64,000 nucleotides of DNA, taken from assembly GCA_900290255.1 (NCBI GenBank), contig OMOD01000122.1, positions 14,314 through 78,313 on the forward strand. Direction: 5' to 3'. The stretch is from Candidatus Sulfotelmatobacter kueseliae. GTDB lineage: Bacteria > Acidobacteriota > Terriglobia > Terriglobales > Acidobacteriaceae. Below the pieces are notes generated by a model that was not told the origin of the DNA, did not search any database, and saw nothing but the letters and a program-made list of their open reading frames with translations. A program made the position numbers and the translations under genes. Shown here piece by piece: positions 59,897-64,000 of the stretch (its first letter is position 1; every line of letters starts with the position of its first letter).

Positions 59897-60376
59897 ATGA
59901 ATGCACCAGCGATGACATTTGAAGAAGTACGAGCCGCCTTGAAGCAACGTTTTCCTATGATCATGGTTGATACCGTGACCTCGCTGGAGCCAGGCAAGAG
60001 GATCCGAACAACGAAGAATGTTACGGGGAATGAGATTCAGTTCCTTGGGCATTTCCCCGAACACGCGGTGATGCCAGGAACCATGATTGTGGAGGCAATC
60101 GGCCAGTCCGCCTCCATTCTGTTCTCGAAGACGACCGGGACGGGAACACAGCCAGGTGAGTTTCTTGTGCTCGGCGCGATCAACGAGATGAGGTTTCTGG
60201 TCCCCGTGTTACCCGGAAGCAGGTTGGACATTGAGGTGCAGGTGCTGAAGTTCATTGAAGATTTCGCGCTCGTGGAAGCGGTTGCCACAGTCGACACTAC
60301 GGTGGTGGCTAGAGGTAAGCTGGGCTTCGCCCGCCGTGGCTTGCAAGCTCGCCCCTCTGAGCCCAGTTTCTCTTAA
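59897..60376 (+). CDS. fabZ: 3-hydroxyacyl-ACP dehydratase
   Basis: RFPMIMVDTVTSLEPGKRIRTTKNVTGNEIQFLGHFPEHAVMPGTMIVEAIGQ is the FabZ hot-dog signature (HFP...MPG...EA.AQ). Confidence 0.85.
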   Translation: MNAPAMTFEEVRAALKQRFPMIMVDTVTSLEPGKRIRTTKNVTGNEIQFLGHFPEHAVMPGTMIVEAIGQSASILFSKTTGTGTQPGEFLVLGAINEMRFLVPVLPGSRLDIEVQVLKFIEDFALVEAVATVDTTVVARGKLGFARRGLQARPSEPSFS

Positions 60377-60680
60377 GTCCGGATGCTCGGCGGATTTGGA
60401 GGCTCTGGCTCGCCAGGCATTGTGGGAGCCTCGATCAGCGTCGGACCTTCCCTCTCACTTCCTTCCCGCACCGCCTTCGCGACGCCGTCCAGCACGCAGG
60501 CGTGGGTGCGGTGTGAGCATAGCATCGGTTAGGGACGAACTCCACGAAGCAAGGCACACATCATCCCGCATACGGGCAGGTCCGCACGGCATCTGCTGAC
60601 CCTGCGGGTTCTGCTACACTTCAGCCAAGGTTTTGCTCCATGCGCACTCCGTATTAAATAGGACTTGAAAGGAAACCACG

Positions 60681-62045
60681 ATGAGCATTGATATCGCGTC
60701 ACCTCACCTTTTCTCCGAATTCAGGAACAAAATATCAAGCCGTCGTGCACGAGTCGGAGTCATTGGGCTGGGCTATGTTGGACTTCCCCTGGCTCTGTTA
60801 TATGTCGAACAAGAGTTTCCTGTAACTGGTTTCGACATTGACCAGAACAAGGTGCAAGCCCTCACAGAGGGGAAGTCATACATCTACCGAATTGCCGAGA
60901 CGGAGATACAGGAAGCACGTGCAAAGGGGCTGACAGCGACCTCTGAGTTCTCTCTGTTGGCGGAGATGGATGCGATTATCATCTGCGTTCCTACGCCGTT
61001 GAATGAGTACCATGAGCCCGACCTCACGTTCATCACCAACACTGCTCACGCGATCGCCCCGCACCTACGAGCCGGGCAGCTGGTGATGCTGGAGAGCACG
61101 ACCTATCCCGGGACGACCGAGGAAGTACTTGTACCCATTCTTGAAAAGGAAAATCCGAATGGTCTAAGGGCAGCCCGCAGTATCCCGTCCGCCCCGCCCG
61201 CGAACGAATTCTATGTGGTCTTCTCTCCGGAAAGAGAAGATCCAGGAAATACCACAGTGGCGCGTCACGACATCCCGAAAGTGATCGGAGGGTTGGATTC
61301 AAGGGCGGCGGACTTGGCGGCTGCTCTGTACGGATCGATCTTCCGTCGCACTGTGCAGGTCTCTTCTCCTGCGGCCGCGGAGATGACCAAACTATTGGAG
61401 AACATCTATCGTTGCGTCAATATCGCGCTGGTCAACGAACTGAAGCTGCTCTGTTTGCGGATGGGGCTCGACATTTGGGAGGTGATCGCGGCGGCGTCCA
61501 CCAAACCGTTCGGATTCCAGCCCTTTTATCCAGGGCCGGGGCTCGGTGGCCACTGCATTCCTGTGGATCCGTTCTATCTATCTTGGAAGGCCAAGGAATG
61601 GGACTTTCGAACTCGCTTCATCGAACTGGCGGGTGAAATCAATGTGGGGATGCCGTACCATGTCGTCGCTTCGGTGGCCTCAGCGCTCAACCAGCAGAAG
61701 AAAGCGCTGAACGGTGCCCGCATAATGATTCTAGGCGTCGCCTATAAGAGAGACATCGACGATTTACGGGAGTCTCCTGCTTTAACGATCATCGAGTTGC
61801 TGCAGAAAGAAGGTGCCGAGGTCAGCTACAACGACCCCTACATTCCAATGATTGGCAAGGGACGCCGGTACAACCTGCAGCTGAGATCTTCTGCTCTGGA
61901 AAAACTAGATGCATACGACTGTGTGCTGATTGTCACCGACCATTCCGCTTATGACTACGCCAAGGTGGTGAAGGAAGCGCAGCTCGTGGTCGACACGCGC
62001 AATGCGACAAAAGGGATAAGCAGTTCGAAAATTGTGCGCTGTTGA
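60681..62045 (+). CDS. Nucleotide-sugar 6-dehydrogenase (UDP-N-acetyl-hexosamine dehydrogenase type, WbpA/TviB/WecC-like)
   Basis: RVGVIGLGYVGLPLALLY, FSPEREDPGN, GLGGHCIPVDPFYL, GVAYKRDIDDLRESPA. Confidence 0.9.
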   Translation: MSIDIASPHLFSEFRNKISSRRARVGVIGLGYVGLPLALLYVEQEFPVTGFDIDQNKVQALTEGKSYIYRIAETEIQEARAKGLTATSEFSLLAEMDAIIICVPTPLNEYHEPDLTFITNTAHAIAPHLRAGQLVMLESTTYPGTTEEVLVPILEKENPNGLRAARSIPSAPPANEFYVVFSPEREDPGNTTVARHDIPKVIGGLDSRAADLAAALYGSIFRRTVQVSSPAAAEMTKLLENIYRCVNIALVNELKLLCLRMGLDIWEVIAAASTKPFGFQPFYPGPGLGGHCIPVDPFYLSWKAKEWDFRTRFIELAGEINVGMPYHVVASVASALNQQKKALNGARIMILGVAYKRDIDDLRESPALTIIELLQKEGAEVSYNDPYIPMIGKGRRYNLQLRSSALEKLDAYDCVLIVTDHSAYDYAKVVKEAQLVVDTRNATKGISSSKIVRC

Positions 62046-62230
62046 TCGGAAGCGGAGAATGCATACACTGACAAGTGTTCCCTGTGGTGCTCTTCACGAC
62101 TTCAAGCTTCGTCAGTTCAAGGTCGGGCCAGCGCTGCAATTACTCATTGACTCCATAGCCCAGGGATGGCCCGTACGATGCGTTTTTTTCGATTGTGGCG
62201 GGGATGAAATTCGGGCGAGGGGGGAAGACC

Positions 62231-62503
62231 CTATGCTGAAGCCGCCGATGTTCTTGGCTCCGAGAATACGATCCATTCCAAGGTTGAGAACGGTAGATAA
62301 ACGTTCGGTGCATCCATCTTAGCCATTGCGCTGCCTGTAATCTCTCGCAAGGCCGTCACCATGTCGTCGCTCAGAAAACAGAGCCCAGTTTCATCTGTGG
62401 CAGCAACCGTGCCGGAGAACGCCCGGCTGAAAAGAGAGACTTTCACGACCACGCGCTTGCCCACAAGCTTGGCTTTGAACGAAGGCGAGTCTGGCAGCGA
62501 CAT
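62231..62503 (-). CDS. Hypothetical protein (90 aa)
   Basis: ORF 62231..62548; ATG 62503 is preceded by GGAGG. No recognisable motif. Confidence 0.35.
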   Translation of the reverse strand: MSLPDSPSFKAKLVGKRVVVKVSLFSRAFSGTVAATDETGLCFLSDDMVTALREITGSAMAKMDAPNVYLPFSTLEWIVFSEPRTSAASA

Positions 62504-62715
62504 AGTTCCTCCGCAGAAATACTTCTGGCAATAGATTGCGGCCCGCACGTCGATTGAACAAGCCCGGTTCAGGATCTGCCGTTACGACGGTAATTAACCC
62601 CGTAGTGCTCCGCGCAGCGAAAAACCTGTCGCCTGATCCCCTTGATGGTTGCCTTGCAGGAGATGGATCAATGAGTGCAATGGCGATTTAGCGTCAACAC
62701 TCCATAGTCTCCGCG

Positions 62716-63489
62716 TCACCCACGTTCCCTTTTCTTGGTCACCCCACGCAGGAATATCGTCTGCCCGACCGCCAGTCGACCGGTGCGAGTGACGGCGCCG
62801 TAGATTCCTGCGTTGTTCTGGTTCACCCGAACGACCGCCTTTAGCACTTCTGGCGCCGGACTGGCTGAATCGGGATCAAAGTTCACAATGGAGCAGCGTT
62901 CATCGCGCATCGTGACGGTAATGGCGGGGGCGTCGTCTTCCTCGCCGAATGAGAGCATACCGCCCAACCACTCGTCCTCCTGGAAGGGAACTGATCGCAG
63001 CGAGCGAACCACAACATTCGGGCGAAATCGCCGCACGTCCGGGCTCACAGCTGCGAGTCGTGCGATCTCGCGCACCGTATCGAGGGCGATCACGGAGATG
63101 CTCGCTTCATCGAAGATGCCATGCTTCAACTGCATCATCTGCACGGGAGCCCCGTACCGGCGTCCGATCTCCGCGGCCAAGTCCTCTCCAAAGACAGGCA
63201 TCTCTAAGCCATCCGGCGTGCAAATATGCGTCGGAAGGTGAAGGTCTCCCTGAGCTCCGTCTTCACGAGCATCGCCTTCACGGCGCTGCGGAGCAAACAG
63301 GAGCAAGTCGGGTAGCTTGCTTGCCGTTAGCCACGGAAACCCGCTCTGGTTATCCGTCCGCCGGAATGCTAGGCGTCTGTCACCATCGAGGCCGTGCCAG
63401 CCCATATTGGCGACCTCGAGCCGTTCGCCGCCCATGGACTTGACGGGATACCGAAAGAGCGCCTCTACATGTCCGATCTCTACAAGCAT
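62716..63489 (-). CDS. MOSC domain-containing protein
   Basis: ORF 62716..63567; ATG at 63489. VGHVEALFRYPVKSMGGERLEVANMGWHGLDGDRRLAFRR is the MOSC N-terminal beta-barrel signature, followed by RFRPNVVV. Confidence 0.8.
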   Translation of the reverse strand: MLVEIGHVEALFRYPVKSMGGERLEVANMGWHGLDGDRRLAFRRTDNQSGFPWLTASKLPDLLLFAPQRREGDAREDGAQGDLHLPTHICTPDGLEMPVFGEDLAAEIGRRYGAPVQMMQLKHGIFDEASISVIALDTVREIARLAAVSPDVRRFRPNVVVRSLRSVPFQEDEWLGGMLSFGEEDDAPAITVTMRDERCSIVNFDPDSASPAPEVLKAVVRVNQNNAGIYGAVTRTGRLAVGQTIFLRGVTKKRERG

Positions 63490-64000
63490 GCTCGATCCGA
63501 GTCCGCCCAACAGCGTATCACTGGAAACCAATGGGGGCGCAAAGGCAACGACAAGAAAACGTGACAAGCAGGCTGACTCGCCATCTCACATGTCTGAGAG
63601 GTTTGGCTTTGCATTCCGCTTTTGGACGATACAACAACCTGCACTTGTAACGAACGCGCGCTATGTCGTTCTCGGTGAGGGAGGCTTGATTTGAAAGCAA
63701 TAGCGCAGATTGCTGGCAGGATTCGATCATGCCCAGGTGTGTATAGAGGGCGTCAAAACTTAAGACAGAGCAACTCAAGGCGGGCCAACCTTGTGTCTTT
63801 TCAGACCCCCAGCGGCTCGCGCTCCTCGTCCGACCGACGAACCCTCTGGATAGAAGCAGTCGCACCCACCCCTTCACAAGCGAACACTCGCCGTAACCTG
63901 CGAAGATCATTCAGAATGCGCCCGCTTGCTTGAATGTGTTGTTGCAACCTCTGCAGCTTGTAGAATACCAAACGAAGCGCATCTAACTGGCGGCCAGCGG

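Noticed and set aside
63518-64000. ORFs at the right edge (63518..63910 minus, 63691..63933 plus).
   Set aside because: The translations are Arg/Ser-rich with no motifs. The first overlaps the 5' end of the MOSC gene region. Evidence is insufficient to call either one.

Overview
This is a bacterial chromosomal segment of moderately high GC, judged by eye. Gene content and protein style suggest an Acidobacteriota-like soil bacterium, but that is a guess only. I recognised no rRNA, tRNA, CRISPR array or transposase.

One very large cell-surface glycan locus, with thiotemplate (carrier-protein) chemistry nested inside it, dominates the window.

- (i) 1-22.1 kb: about 20 co-directional, tightly packed or overlapping plus-strand genes for a Wzx/Wzy-type polysaccharide. 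They include the tail of a BY-kinase, a priming phosphoglycosyl transferase, GT2/GT4 transferases, DUF354 and WbsX-like proteins, a FemAB-like transferase, a deacetylase, a flippase, a polymerase-like protein and WecB. An ATP-grasp ligase and an aspartate kinase are embedded among them.
- (ii) 22.3-34.8 kb: a second tight operon with two class-B flavin-monooxygenase-like enzymes, MetY and MetA homologues, a tandem GNAT-like protein, an ACP, an acyl-AMP ligase and an ATP-grasp ligase. An SDR, a lipocalin-like protein and a P450 follow.
- (iii) 36.7-39.6 kb: a minus-strand rfbA-rfbC-rfbD dTDP-rhamnose operon. Its first gene, rfbB, is 5'-truncated at a low-GC junction of about 1.1 kb, which also holds a 3' fragment of an SDR paralogue.
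- (iv) 40.8-45.8 kb: an ACP / acyl-AMP ligase / LuxE-like / LuxC-like / methyltransferase cassette.
- (v) 47.6-55.7 kb: one 2692-aa hybrid NRPS-PKS with domain order A-T-KS-AT-T-C-T plus a C-terminal GNAT-like domain, and no thioesterase or reductase.
- (vi) 55.9-64 kb: ordinary or decaying genes (VOC, VanZ-like, kinase and RHH pseudogenes, FabZ, a nucleotide-sugar dehydrogenase, MOSC).

The most interesting observations:
- The release-domain-less, glycine-predicted NRPS-PKS has a terminal domain that is paralogous to a stand-alone protein 20 kb away.
- A degenerate GGDEF-like domain with an intact RxxD site is fused to the priming glycosyl-phosphate transferase, and a stand-alone copy sits nearby.
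- MetA/MetY/aspartate-kinase homologues are wired into the specialised operons.
- A LuxC/LuxE carrier-protein cassette lies in the locus.
- A clear recombination scar has decapitated the rfb operon.

All calls come from reading the translated ORFs and the DNA by eye. No database search was run.
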